From the NCBI GenBank assembly GCA_963836235.1, contig CAWIIP010000002.1:50025-114024 (forward strand): DNA of 64,000 nucleotides. Reading direction: 5' to 3'. The notes beneath the pieces are model-generated. The model was not told where the DNA came from and did not search any database. It worked only from the letters and a program-made list of their open reading frames with translations. Position numbers and translations under genes: made by a program. Positions 48,817-57,864 of the stretch are shown here, piece by piece. Source of the DNA: an uncultured Pseudomonadota bacterium (GTDB lineage: Bacteria > Oederibacteriota > Muellerivitia > Muellerivitales > Muellerivitaceae). How positions within the stretch are numbered: position 1 is the first letter of the stretch; each line of letters begins with the position of its first letter.

Positions 48817-50595
48817 CTACTTCAAAACTACCGGCAGTTGAAGCCCCGCTTTTACCAATTGAGCCGGAACCGTCATGGACTTGGAACCGTTGGTTACCGT
48901 CACCTCATAATCCCCTAGGAAACCCCGCACCTGGTAGACCCCCTTCGCATCTGTTGTTCCATCTGCGTTGGTCCACCAATCGCGTTGAACGAGTTGTTCA
49001 TAGGCCGCTCCCGAAGGCTTCTCGGTCCAATCCTGATTAAAGATCGGAGCCTTGTTGTGCCAATGGGCCCCATCCCAGAAACCCCACATCAAGAAGGCGT
49101 TGGTGGAGGGATGGCTGAAAACGGCGGTCATGAAATCCTTCAAAAACTGAGCATCAAGTTCCTGGTCCTTAATGTCCGTGTCGTATTCAGTAATTTCCAC
49201 GGGCAACCCGTGGGCCCCCAGCTTATCTAAAGTTTGGAGCAATGCCGGGATAGACCAGGGAGATGAACCAACATGACCCTGCAATCCAATACCGCCTAAG
49301 GGCGCACCCTTTTGGATGAGGTATTGGATGGTATCGTCGTACGCGTCAAGGTGTCCCGTGGTATCGGGACTAGGATAATCATTAACGAAGAGGAGCGGTT
49401 TAGGGTCCGCCTGCTGCGCCGTCTTGTACCAGGTAATCATGGCCTGCTTTCCCAGGATATCGGTCAGTTGGTGCTCTGGGACCGGTTCGTTTACCACATC
49501 CCACTCCACCAATTGTCCCTTCATAGTCCCGCCCACATCCTTGATCCGACTTTCGATTTTGGCTTCTAACGCCTTGGGGTCTCCTTCCAGTTGCTTGACC
49601 TCGGGTGGGAGATACCGCCATGTTCCCCAAACCATATTATGGCCACGCACGTCAAAACCCCTCTCGGACAGCCACTTCATCGCTCCCTGCACATATTCTC
49701 GGCGCCAATAGCCAGTATTGGAGGCTCCGTCCTCCCAAGGGCCCCATTTCAGGTCGTTCTCGAAGACCACGCGATTGAAAAGCCTTGCGACTTCCTTTTG
49801 GTAACGATCATTGTCGCCACCCTCGGTCGCCAAATTCTTCGCAACCACGGCCGTACCAAACCCGAAGGCATGGCGTTTCATTCGAACCGTTACTTTCGCG
49901 CCCAACAAGGGATTTCCATCAGAGTCTTTCACTAGGACGGTCAAATCGCCCTTGCGCATCTTCTCGATGCGATCCTGAGCTTCCTTGCGCCAGGGCGCGT
50001 CTGTATCTTCGCCGTCATAAGTCAGCTTAGTCTGAGGCAAGTCCGTGACTTTCACGTTAGTTCCATAGGTTGTCAGTTTGAAATCGGCAATCTCAAAGGC
50101 CTGAGGGTGATAGCCCATGCGGAAATAAATATGGGATTTCCCCGCGTCCAAATCCTCCACAATCGTGAACGGGATTGAAAATTTACGCCAATGGGGTCCC
50201 GCAGAGAGGTTGTAACTGACGGCTTTCGTCCAGGGATCACCCAAACGCTCAAATCCGAACTCACTGCTGGCCTCGCCGCTTTCCACGTTGGTCTCGGCGG
50301 CCCTCATCCAAAATTCGGCTAGGACCACATCGCCAGCCTTCACCGCTTGCGAAACGGGGGCTTCCACTTGCACATCCCAGGGATTGGCAGTGCTTTCAAA
50401 AGTAGTAAGCCTGAGGGCTTCCTTGAAGGCCTGTCCCACCACGGGAACCTTTTCCATTTTCCCCTTGCTCCCGTCAAATTGAATAAGATCGATGGCGGGG
50501 GGAGGAATCAAGTCATGGCCACCTGAAGGCACCGCCTGGGCGAATAAAGAAGCAGGAAATAACAAGGCGAAACAAGTCACGAGGGTTTTAAACAT
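48817..50595 (-). CDS. GH10 endo-1,4-beta-xylanase with N-terminal CBM-like module
   Basis: GHNMVWG, WDVVNEP (acid/base Glu), NDYP, GIGLQGH and VEITEYD (nucleophile Glu) motifs. Signal peptide MFKTLVTCFALLFPASLFAQA from ATG 50595. Confidence 0.8.
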   Translation of the reverse strand: MFKTLVTCFALLFPASLFAQAVPSGGHDLIPPPAIDLIQFDGSKGKMEKVPVVGQAFKEALRLTTFESTANPWDVQVEAPVSQAVKAGDVVLAEFWMRAAETNVESGEASSEFGFERLGDPWTKAVSYNLSAGPHWRKFSIPFTIVEDLDAGKSHIYFRMGYHPQAFEIADFKLTTYGTNVKVTDLPQTKLTYDGEDTDAPWRKEAQDRIEKMRKGDLTVLVKDSDGNPLLGAKVTVRMKRHAFGFGTAVVAKNLATEGGDNDRYQKEVARLFNRVVFENDLKWGPWEDGASNTGYWRREYVQGAMKWLSERGFDVRGHNMVWGTWRYLPPEVKQLEGDPKALEAKIESRIKDVGGTMKGQLVEWDVVNEPVPEHQLTDILGKQAMITWYKTAQQADPKPLLFVNDYPSPDTTGHLDAYDDTIQYLIQKGAPLGGIGLQGHVGSSPWSIPALLQTLDKLGAHGLPVEITEYDTDIKDQELDAQFLKDFMTAVFSHPSTNAFLMWGFWDGAHWHNKAPIFNQDWTEKPSGAAYEQLVQRDWWTNADGTTDAKGVYQVRGFLGDYEVTVTNGSKSMTVPAQLVKAGLQLPVVLK

Positions 50596-50874
50596 AAAAG
50601 TGGGGTTCCTTTCAAATTGATGCTTACAGTTTAAACGGTGATCAACCATCATGAAAGGCAGGTTAGCATCTTAAATATCAATCCGTTTCTAAAAAGCGGC
50701 TCTCCCGAGACAAAACTCCTCAGAAAACATATCCCGAGCTTTTAATTTCCTACCTCGTCTTTTTAAATAATGCAACCGGATTCGTCATCAAAATAATTCC
50801 AGGCAAAGATATAAAAATCTAACGGTACAGCCCGTGGTAGGATAAAGCTACGTCAAGCGATGAAGGAGGTTCTC

Positions 50875-50916
50875 ATGGCTACAAAGAAGAAAGCCGCCAA
50901 GAAAAAAAAGAAGTAA
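50875..50916 (+). CDS. 13-codon micro-ORF MATKKKAAKKKKK (candidate microprotein or leader peptide)
   Basis: AAGGAGG lies 6 nt upstream of the ATG. Two plus-oriented terminator hairpins follow immediately. The ORF stands alone between two minus-strand genes. Confidence 0.4.
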   Translation: MATKKKAAKKKKK

Positions 50917-50921
50917 CCCAC

Positions 50922-50942
50922 AAGCGCGCAAGCGCTTTTTTT
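50922..50942 (+). terminator. Intrinsic terminator
   Basis: AAGCGC-GCAA-GCGCTT hairpin followed by TTTTT. Confidence 0.65.
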
Positions 50943-50957
50943 GTGGTCGTTGAACCA

Positions 50958-50988
50958 AAGCCCGTGCGACTGCCCGGGCTTTTCTTTT
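50958..50988 (+). terminator. Second hairpin plus T-tract; may also serve the convergent giant gene
   Basis: AGCCCG-(10 nt)-CGGGCT followed by TTTCTTTTG. Confidence 0.5.
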
Positions 50989-51090
50989 GAGCCTCTTGTC
51001 TTAGACCTATCCCCAAAATGAATTGAAATTTAAACTCGTCTTAGCCTTCTAAAAAATTATTTTCAAAAAACCGATGGAAAATGTGATCTC

Positions 51091-54000
51091 TTAAGGAACT
51101 TCCAAGCCGAGGGTTCCCAGCGGTTCCGTGTCGTAGATATGAAGCTGAGTCGAATCGTAGAGCTGGGCTTGGAACACCTGGCCCGATACCGCTTGACCCA
51201 CGCTCAAGCCGAATTGGGAAGCCGAAAGGGTGTAGTTGAAGTAGTTATATGCTCCTGCCGCCAATGTAACCGGGCCCAGGAACACGGAAGTCCCGTTCGT
51301 CGTATCCACCACTTTCAAATAACTGGTCACGGCAGTGGTGCCTGGCACATGCAGGTAGGCTTCAAAGTTGAAAGTCTCGCAGTTCCCGTCTTCCCCATTG
51401 GTTAGGCAACTTAAAGAATAATTGTAATAGAAGTATTCTACCGGCGATTCCATCACGAACGGGGTGCCGCTGGGCACGGAGGTATCCAAAATTTGGTTCT
51501 GAGCCTGGTTGTAGAGCGTCACCTTCAAGGGAGCAGTAATCGCCGTGGTGACCCCAAAATCCCCTCCCGAGAGAGTAACGGAATAGCTGGTCCCGCTCCC
51601 GTTGTAAGTCCAAGGGCCAACCCACCGGCCCGTGTTATTCACTGTATCTGTTACGGCGGCATAGCTGGTTTCCGGAATCCCCGCGGGCCCGTTGGCATTG
51701 ATCGTTAGGAGGAAGTTCTGGCAGGCCCCGTTGCCGCTGTCTGACACCAGGCAGGATACCCCGCTGGAAGCGATATAAGACGAGGGAAATTCCAGGTTCA
51801 GGTTTCCCAAGGGCTTTGTATCCACAACCGCGTCGGTACCCGCGTCAACCAACTGTGCCAGGAACACTTGGCCCGCCGCCTTTTGGCCCACTGCCGTCAC
51901 ACCGAACTGCTCCGGCGAAAGATTCCATGTATTGGCTACGTAATAGCCCCCGTTGTCAGTAACCGGGCCCAGGAACACCGTGGTTCCGTTGGAAAGGTTT
52001 GTCAGTTCAATCAAGCTCGTCACCGGACCCGATCCACTCGGCGCAAACAGCTCAGTGTCAAAGTTGAAATTGACGCAACTCTCATCCTCCGCCGTTGTGG
52101 CGCAGCTTAAATAGTTATATTCGTTGTAATATTCATAAAAGGATTCTTCGGGAGCCTCCAGCATGAAGGGCGATCCACCGGGCGTGGCTGTATCCAATAT
52201 TTTGGTTTCAGATTCGTCGTACAGCGTCACCTTAAGGGAAGTGGTGGTGGCCGTGGTAACTCCGAAATCCCCTCCCGTCAAAGTGACTGAATAGCTGGTC
52301 CCACTACCCGTGTAAGTCCATGGACCGACCCAGACATACTCGTTATTCGTCGTATCCGTGACGGCGGCGTAACTGGTTTCCGGAACCCCTGTAGACCCAT
52401 CGGCATTGATGGTCAAGACGAAGCTCTGGCAGGCCCCGTTGTTAATGTCCGAAACCAGGCAGGAAACCGAGCTGGAGGCGATGGAAATTCCCGGATATTC
52501 CAGGTTAAGACTCCCCAAGGCCCTTGCGTCCAATACCGCGCTGCTGGCGGCATCTATCAACTGCGCCTCGAATACCTGGCTTACCGCCTGCTGGCCCACC
52601 ATCGTCACTCCAAACTGTTGCGGCGAAAAATTCCAGGTATTGGCGACGTAATAGCCCCCGTTGTCAGTAACCGGGCCCAGGAACACCGTAGTCCCGTTGG
52701 AAAGGTTCGTCAGTTCAATCAGGCTCGTCACCGGGCCCGATCCGCTCGGCGCAAACAGCTCAGTATAAAAGTTGAAATTAGAACAGTTCCCCTCTTCCGT
52801 GGTGGTGGCGCAACTCAAATAGTTATAAGAGTCATAACTGTAATAATAGAAATATTCCTCAGGCGACTCCAGCTGGAAGGGTGTCCCAAGTACCGAGGTA
52901 TCCAGAATTTTAGTCTGCGTGGGGTCGTACAGGTCCACCTTCAGTGAAGTAGTGGTGGCCGTTGTGACCCCGAAATCCCCTCCCGTTAGGGTGACTGAAT
53001 AGCTGGTCCCACTCCCCGTGTAGTTCCAGGGCCCAACCCACACATATTGGTTGTTCGTCGCATCCGTCACCTTGGCGTAGCTGGTACCCAGATTCCCGGT
53101 CGGCGCGTCGGCGTCAATGGACAAGACGAAACTCTGGCAGGCCCCGTTGTTAATGTCCGAAACCAAGCAGGAAACCGAGCTGGAGGCGATATAAGACGAG
53201 GGATATTCAAAATTCATGCTTCCCAAAGCCTTCGCGTCCAAAACCGCCTGGCTTCCGTTGTCGATCAACTGCGCTTCGAACATCTGGCTCACCGCTTGCT
53301 GCCCTACTGTCGTCACCCCAAACTGTTCCGCCGAGAAGTTCCAAGTATTCGACGCATACCCCTCAGTAATTGTAATCGGGCCAAGGAACATCGTGGTGCC
53401 ATTGGAAAGATCTATCAATTGGACCATGCTCGTTACCGGGCTGGCACCGGGCGCGTACAACTCGGTATCAAAGTTGAAATTCGAGCAGTTTCCGTCTTCC
53501 GCCGTGGTCGCACAACTTAAGTTGTTATAGTCGCTGTAATATTCGTAAAAATATTCTTCCGGAGCCTCTAGAGAAACAGGCAACCCAGTTGGAACGGTGT
53601 TCCCTAAGGCCACGTTTTGTGCCGCATTGTAAAGAGTCACCGCCAAGGAAGCCGCGGTCGCCGTGGAAATCCCAAAATCCCCTGCCGTCAGGGTGACCGA
53701 ATAACTGATCCCCGTTCCTGTGTAAGTCCAAGGGCCCACCCACAGGCTATTGTTATTCGTGGTATTGGTGACATAGGCGTAACTTTCCGCCGGACCACCG
53801 CTGGAGTTGGCATCGATCGTCAGGACAAAGCTCTGACAGGCTCCGTTGCCGCTGTCGGACAAAAGGCAAGCCGCTGACGCGCCCGCCAGGCTGGCGGCGG
53901 TGCTGCTGTTTTCGATATTAAGAACCCCCGTCGTCTTCGTGTCCCAAACCTGGGTCTGGGTCGAATCGTAGAGCTGGGCTTGGAACACCTGGCTGATGGC

Positions 54001-57000
54001 CGATTGGCCCGAAGGCAAGCCGAAATTGGCCCCGGTGAGGGGAACCGAGTAATACAAATTCTGGTTTCCGATGTTGGTCACGGGCCCCAACATCGTGGAG
54101 GCCCCGGTCGTCAAGTCGACAAGCTTCACATAGCTGGTCACGGGAGTAGATCCTGGAACATCCAGGTAGGCGTTATAGTTGAAGGTCACACAGTTCCCAT
54201 CCTCCGCCACTGTGACACAGGAGAAATAGCTCTCGTAAAGGTATTCCTGGGATGTTTCCAGAGTCATAGGTGACCCACTAGGCACCGCGGTATCCTGCAG
54301 ATTGCCGGATGGGCTATAAAGCGAAACCTTCAGGGGAGGGGCGGTTGGGGTGGTTACCCCGAAATTCCCTCCAGACAAAGTGATCGAATAGCTGTTGGCA
54401 TCGGTACCCGAATAGGTCCAGGGACCCACCGATACATATTGGTTATTCGCCAAGTCCGTAAGAGTGGCATAGCTGGTTTCCGGGATTCCTGTCGGCCCGT
54501 TGGCGTCGATGGTCAAGATGAAGCTCTGGCAGGCCCCGTTATTGACGTCCGTCTGCAAGCAGGATAGCGAACTGGAGGCAATATAAGCCGAGGGATATTC
54601 CAGGTTTAAGCTCCCCAGATACTGCGAGTCCAAAACCGCCAGGCTGCCGTTGTCGATCAACTGTACTTCGAACATCTGGCTTACGGCCTTTTGTCCCACC
54701 AAGGACACGCCGAACTGACCCGGCGAAAGATTCCAGGTATTGGCCAGGTACCCACTTCCAGGAATCACAATCGGGCCCAAGAACATTGAGACACCGTTCG
54801 AAAGGTTTGTCATTTCAATCAGGCTCGTTACCGGGCCGGTTCCCGGGACGTACAATTCGGAATAGAAGTTGAAATTCGCGCAATTCCCGTCTTCCGCCGT
54901 GGTGGCACAGCTTAAGTAGTTATACTCGCCATAATACTCGTAGAAATATTCCTCCGGCGCCTCGATCGTCATGGGTGATCCAATGGGAATCGAAGTATCC
55001 AATATTTGGGTCTTGGATTCATTGTATAACTCCACTTGCAACGAAGCGGTCGCCGCCGTAGTGACCCCAAAGTCTCCGCCCGTTAAAGTGACCGTATAAC
55101 TTGTGCCGCTCCCCGAGTAGGTCCAAGGCCCCACCCACAGGTACTGGCCGTTCGTCGTATCGGTTACGGCGGCATAGCTGGTTTCCGAAACCCCGGCGGG
55201 CCCATTGGCGTCTATCGTCAAAACAAAGCTCTGGCAGGCTCCATTATTGACGTCCGATACCAGGCAGGACACTGAGCTGGAGGCGATAGCCGTCGAGGGA
55301 TATTCCAGGTTCAGGCTTCCCAATGGCTTCCTATCCAAAACAGCGTCCGTCCCGGCATCGATCAACTGCGCCTCGAACAGCTGGCTAGCCGCCTGCTGGC
55401 CTACTATCGTCACCCCAAACTCCAGCGGCGAAAGATTCCAGGTATTTTGCGCGTAATCGTAGTATCCCCCGGAGACCGTAACGGGACCCAGGAAAACTGA
55501 AACACCGTTGGAAAGGTTCGTCAATTCGATCAAACTCGTCACCGCACCCGAAATGGGCGCGTAAAGGTAAGTTTGGAAGCTGAAATTCGAGCAGTATCCG
55601 TCCTCCGACGTAGTCGCGCAGCTTAAGTAGTTATACGAATTGTAGTCATATTCGTAGAAATATTCTTCGGGCGATTCCAGCGTCAAGGGTGATCCGGCGG
55701 GAATAGATGTATCCAGTATTTGGCTCTCGGACTCGTTGTAAAGTTCCACCTTCAACGAGGCAGCGGTTGCCGTGGTAACTCCAAAATCCCCTCCCGCCAG
55801 TGTGACCGAATAACTGGTCCCGCTCCCCGTATAGGTCCAGGGACCTACCCACACATATTGGCCGTTCGTGGTATCTGTTACGGCGGCGTAGCTGGTTTCC
55901 GGAATCCCTGTGGGTCCATTGGCGTCAATCGTCAAGACGAAATTCTCGCAAGCTCCATTGTTAATATCCGACACCAGGCAGGACACGGAGCTGGAGGCGA
56001 TGGCCGTCGAGGGATATTCCAGGTTCAGGCTTCCCAAAGCCTTCGCGTCCAAAATCACATCCGTTGCGGCGTCGATCAATTGCGCCGTGAAGACCTGGCT
56101 CAACGCCTGCTGGCCCACGGTTGTCACCCCGAATTGTTGCGGCGAGAGGTTCCAGATATTTCCGGCATAATATCCCCCGGTATCCGTAACGGGGCCCAGG
56201 AACACCGAAACACCGTTGGAAAGGTCCGTGAGCTTGACCAAAGTCGTAACCGGGGTTGAGCCTGGTGCGAATAGTTCAGTATTAAAATTAAAATTCTCGC
56301 AGTACCCGTCCTCCGCCGTGGTCGCGCAGCTCAAGTAGTTATAAGAACTGTAGTAGTTGTAGAAATATTCTTCGGGCTCCTCCAACGTCAAAGGCGATCC
56401 GGAGGGAATGGCATACCCCAAAACTTGACTTTCGGTCGTGTTATAGAGGGTCACTGCCAAGGAAGTGGCAATCGCCGTGGTGACTCCGAAATCCCCGCCC
56501 GTCAGGGTGACTGAATAACTAGTACCGCTCCCCGTGTAAGTCCAAGGTCCTACCCACACATATTGGCCGTTCGTTAAATCCGCGACGTAAGCGTAACTTT
56601 CTGCCGGGTTTCCATTTGAATTGGCATCGATGGTGAGTACAAAGCTTTGGCAAGCCCCGTTATTGGTATCCGAAAGCAGGCAAGACAGTGAACTTGAAAC
56701 GGTGTAGCCAGGAACGAAAGTAGGAGAAGGCGTAAAGGTGTTAGTGGGAGGAATAGTGGTATTGGTGGTAGCGGTGTTACTCGGCGTGGGGGTAATCGTC
56801 GGTGTATCCGTGATGGTCGGAGAATTGGTGAAAGTAGGTGAATTTGTAGGTGTAAAGGTGTTCGTGGGAACATTGGTCGGTGTTGGTGGGGGGGCGGGGC
56901 AGGATCCGTTGATGTCAGCGGTGGTGGGATCATAGGCGTAATAGGGCAAGGTAGTATTTACCCGGAAAAAGAACTTGGGACCGGTAGGACCCGGCGGGTA

Positions 57001-57864
57001 AAGACCGAAAGGTTGATTGGGGTTGACTACTTGTATCCACGCATGGCCGTTTGCCCCTGCCGGTCCCAGGCTAACACAATAAACATCCCCCGCTTGGAGG
57101 TAGGAAGGTGAAACTCCCGCAGCCTGCTTGGCGACAGTGGAAGAAGCCACAAAGGCCGAGGTGACTGGAGTGCTGTCAAAATTAACGATCGGTCCGTTTC
57201 CTAGATAGGCGATCCCGTTGCTGGCTAAGGCAGCAAGCAAGTAAGTACCTGTGCCTACTGTTCCAATGGCCAAATCCGGAGAACCCGTTGGCGTAGCCGA
57301 CAGGATGTCGGGCTGGAAAGTGAAATAGGCGGTGGTTACTCCAGCCGCGCTTACTCCATAAGAGGAGGTATCCACCGCGTAGCAATTGCGGACAACCGAT
57401 CCCATGGTTACCCAAATATCGCTGACGCCACCCGCGTTGATGTCCGACTGCGCCGCGCCCAGGGCAAGGGGCTGGTGATTGGACGCATTGTTAAGCTGGA
57501 ACGACAACAGCCGCGAAGCCCCTTGGGGAACCACAATAGAAAAATCCAATTCCCCCGACTGTGTCGCCGTGCTGAAAGGACCCGCCACGCCCGTAACAGG
57601 CCCCATGTTAGGCCCCGTTACCTGGTACATGACTTCGTTGCTGGCAACCCCCAGGAGGCTATCCTTGATCTCCTTGGATATGGGCATAGAAAAGGAAAGG
57701 GAAAGACCCCTCACCGCCACCAAGGGAGCTGTCGGAGACATTTTCCCCTGGCACCCCCAATGAGAAAAAAGAATCAATAAGCCCATGGCCAATACCAAAG
57801 TCGTCCCGAGGAACCCCCCCGAAGACTTTCTAAACCAGGGTTTCCACCCTTTCACGAGCGTCAT
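51091..57864 (-). CDS. Giant (2,257 aa) secreted or lipoprotein-like surface protein with 8 x ~232-aa tandem units (16 Cys-clamped domains)
   Basis: I use the ATG at 57864, which forms an ATGA overlap with the upstream stop. Signal LVLAMGLLILFSHWGC. A ~280-aa N-domain, a Thr/Pro linker, then repeats to the very C-terminus. Confidence 0.8.
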   Translation of the reverse strand: MTLVKGWKPWFRKSSGGFLGTTLVLAMGLLILFSHWGCQGKMSPTAPLVAVRGLSLSFSMPISKEIKDSLLGVASNEVMYQVTGPNMGPVTGVAGPFSTATQSGELDFSIVVPQGASRLLSFQLNNASNHQPLALGAAQSDINAGGVSDIWVTMGSVVRNCYAVDTSSYGVSAAGVTTAYFTFQPDILSATPTGSPDLAIGTVGTGTYLLAALASNGIAYLGNGPIVNFDSTPVTSAFVASSTVAKQAAGVSPSYLQAGDVYCVSLGPAGANGHAWIQVVNPNQPFGLYPPGPTGPKFFFRVNTTLPYYAYDPTTADINGSCPAPPPTPTNVPTNTFTPTNSPTFTNSPTITDTPTITPTPSNTATTNTTIPPTNTFTPSPTFVPGYTVSSSLSCLLSDTNNGACQSFVLTIDANSNGNPAESYAYVADLTNGQYVWVGPWTYTGSGTSYSVTLTGGDFGVTTAIATSLAVTLYNTTESQVLGYAIPSGSPLTLEEPEEYFYNYYSSYNYLSCATTAEDGYCENFNFNTELFAPGSTPVTTLVKLTDLSNGVSVFLGPVTDTGGYYAGNIWNLSPQQFGVTTVGQQALSQVFTAQLIDAATDVILDAKALGSLNLEYPSTAIASSSVSCLVSDINNGACENFVLTIDANGPTGIPETSYAAVTDTTNGQYVWVGPWTYTGSGTSYSVTLAGGDFGVTTATAASLKVELYNESESQILDTSIPAGSPLTLESPEEYFYEYDYNSYNYLSCATTSEDGYCSNFSFQTYLYAPISGAVTSLIELTNLSNGVSVFLGPVTVSGGYYDYAQNTWNLSPLEFGVTIVGQQAASQLFEAQLIDAGTDAVLDRKPLGSLNLEYPSTAIASSSVSCLVSDVNNGACQSFVLTIDANGPAGVSETSYAAVTDTTNGQYLWVGPWTYSGSGTSYTVTLTGGDFGVTTAATASLQVELYNESKTQILDTSIPIGSPMTIEAPEEYFYEYYGEYNYLSCATTAEDGNCANFNFYSELYVPGTGPVTSLIEMTNLSNGVSMFLGPIVIPGSGYLANTWNLSPGQFGVSLVGQKAVSQMFEVQLIDNGSLAVLDSQYLGSLNLEYPSAYIASSSLSCLQTDVNNGACQSFILTIDANGPTGIPETSYATLTDLANNQYVSVGPWTYSGTDANSYSITLSGGNFGVTTPTAPPLKVSLYSPSGNLQDTAVPSGSPMTLETSQEYLYESYFSCVTVAEDGNCVTFNYNAYLDVPGSTPVTSYVKLVDLTTGASTMLGPVTNIGNQNLYYSVPLTGANFGLPSGQSAISQVFQAQLYDSTQTQVWDTKTTGVLNIENSSTAASLAGASAACLLSDSGNGACQSFVLTIDANSSGGPAESYAYVTNTTNNNSLWVGPWTYTGTGISYSVTLTAGDFGISTATAASLAVTLYNAAQNVALGNTVPTGLPVSLEAPEEYFYEYYSDYNNLSCATTAEDGNCSNFNFDTELYAPGASPVTSMVQLIDLSNGTTMFLGPITITEGYASNTWNFSAEQFGVTTVGQQAVSQMFEAQLIDNGSQAVLDAKALGSMNFEYPSSYIASSSVSCLVSDINNGACQSFVLSIDADAPTGNLGTSYAKVTDATNNQYVWVGPWNYTGSGTSYSVTLTGGDFGVTTATTTSLKVDLYDPTQTKILDTSVLGTPFQLESPEEYFYYYSYDSYNYLSCATTTEEGNCSNFNFYTELFAPSGSGPVTSLIELTNLSNGTTVFLGPVTDNGGYYVANTWNFSPQQFGVTMVGQQAVSQVFEAQLIDAASSAVLDARALGSLNLEYPGISIASSSVSCLVSDINNGACQSFVLTINADGSTGVPETSYAAVTDTTNNEYVWVGPWTYTGSGTSYSVTLTGGDFGVTTATTTSLKVTLYDESETKILDTATPGGSPFMLEAPEESFYEYYNEYNYLSCATTAEDESCVNFNFDTELFAPSGSGPVTSLIELTNLSNGTTVFLGPVTDNGGYYVANTWNLSPEQFGVTAVGQKAAGQVFLAQLVDAGTDAVVDTKPLGNLNLEFPSSYIASSGVSCLVSDSGNGACQNFLLTINANGPAGIPETSYAAVTDTVNNTGRWVGPWTYNGSGTSYSVTLSGGDFGVTTAITAPLKVTLYNQAQNQILDTSVPSGTPFVMESPVEYFYYNYSLSCLTNGEDGNCETFNFEAYLHVPGTTAVTSYLKVVDTTNGTSVFLGPVTLAAGAYNYFNYTLSASQFGLSVGQAVSGQVFQAQLYDSTQLHIYDTEPLGTLGLEVP
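51094..56697 (-). repeat. Coding tandem repeat array, 8 units of 675-714 nt
   Basis: Unit boundaries set by hand on the translated protein: 56697-55996, 55995-55282, 55281-54577, 54576-53881, 53880-53185, 53184-52477, 52476-51769, 51768-51094. Confidence 0.9.

Noticed and set aside
51139-56259. Many 70-180-aa plus- and minus-strand ORFs inside the giant gene, several mutually similar (for example 51868-52110 with 52618-52947, and 53047-53520 with 55720-56259)
   Set aside because: Their similarity only mirrors the tandem repeats of the 2,257-aa gene. They are Arg/Gly-rich out-of-frame or antisense artefacts of GC-rich coding DNA.
51094-56697. The ~700-nt periodicity could suggest a CRISPR array or a satellite
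   Set aside because: The units are long, diverged and in one continuous open frame. There is no short direct repeat and spacer structure.
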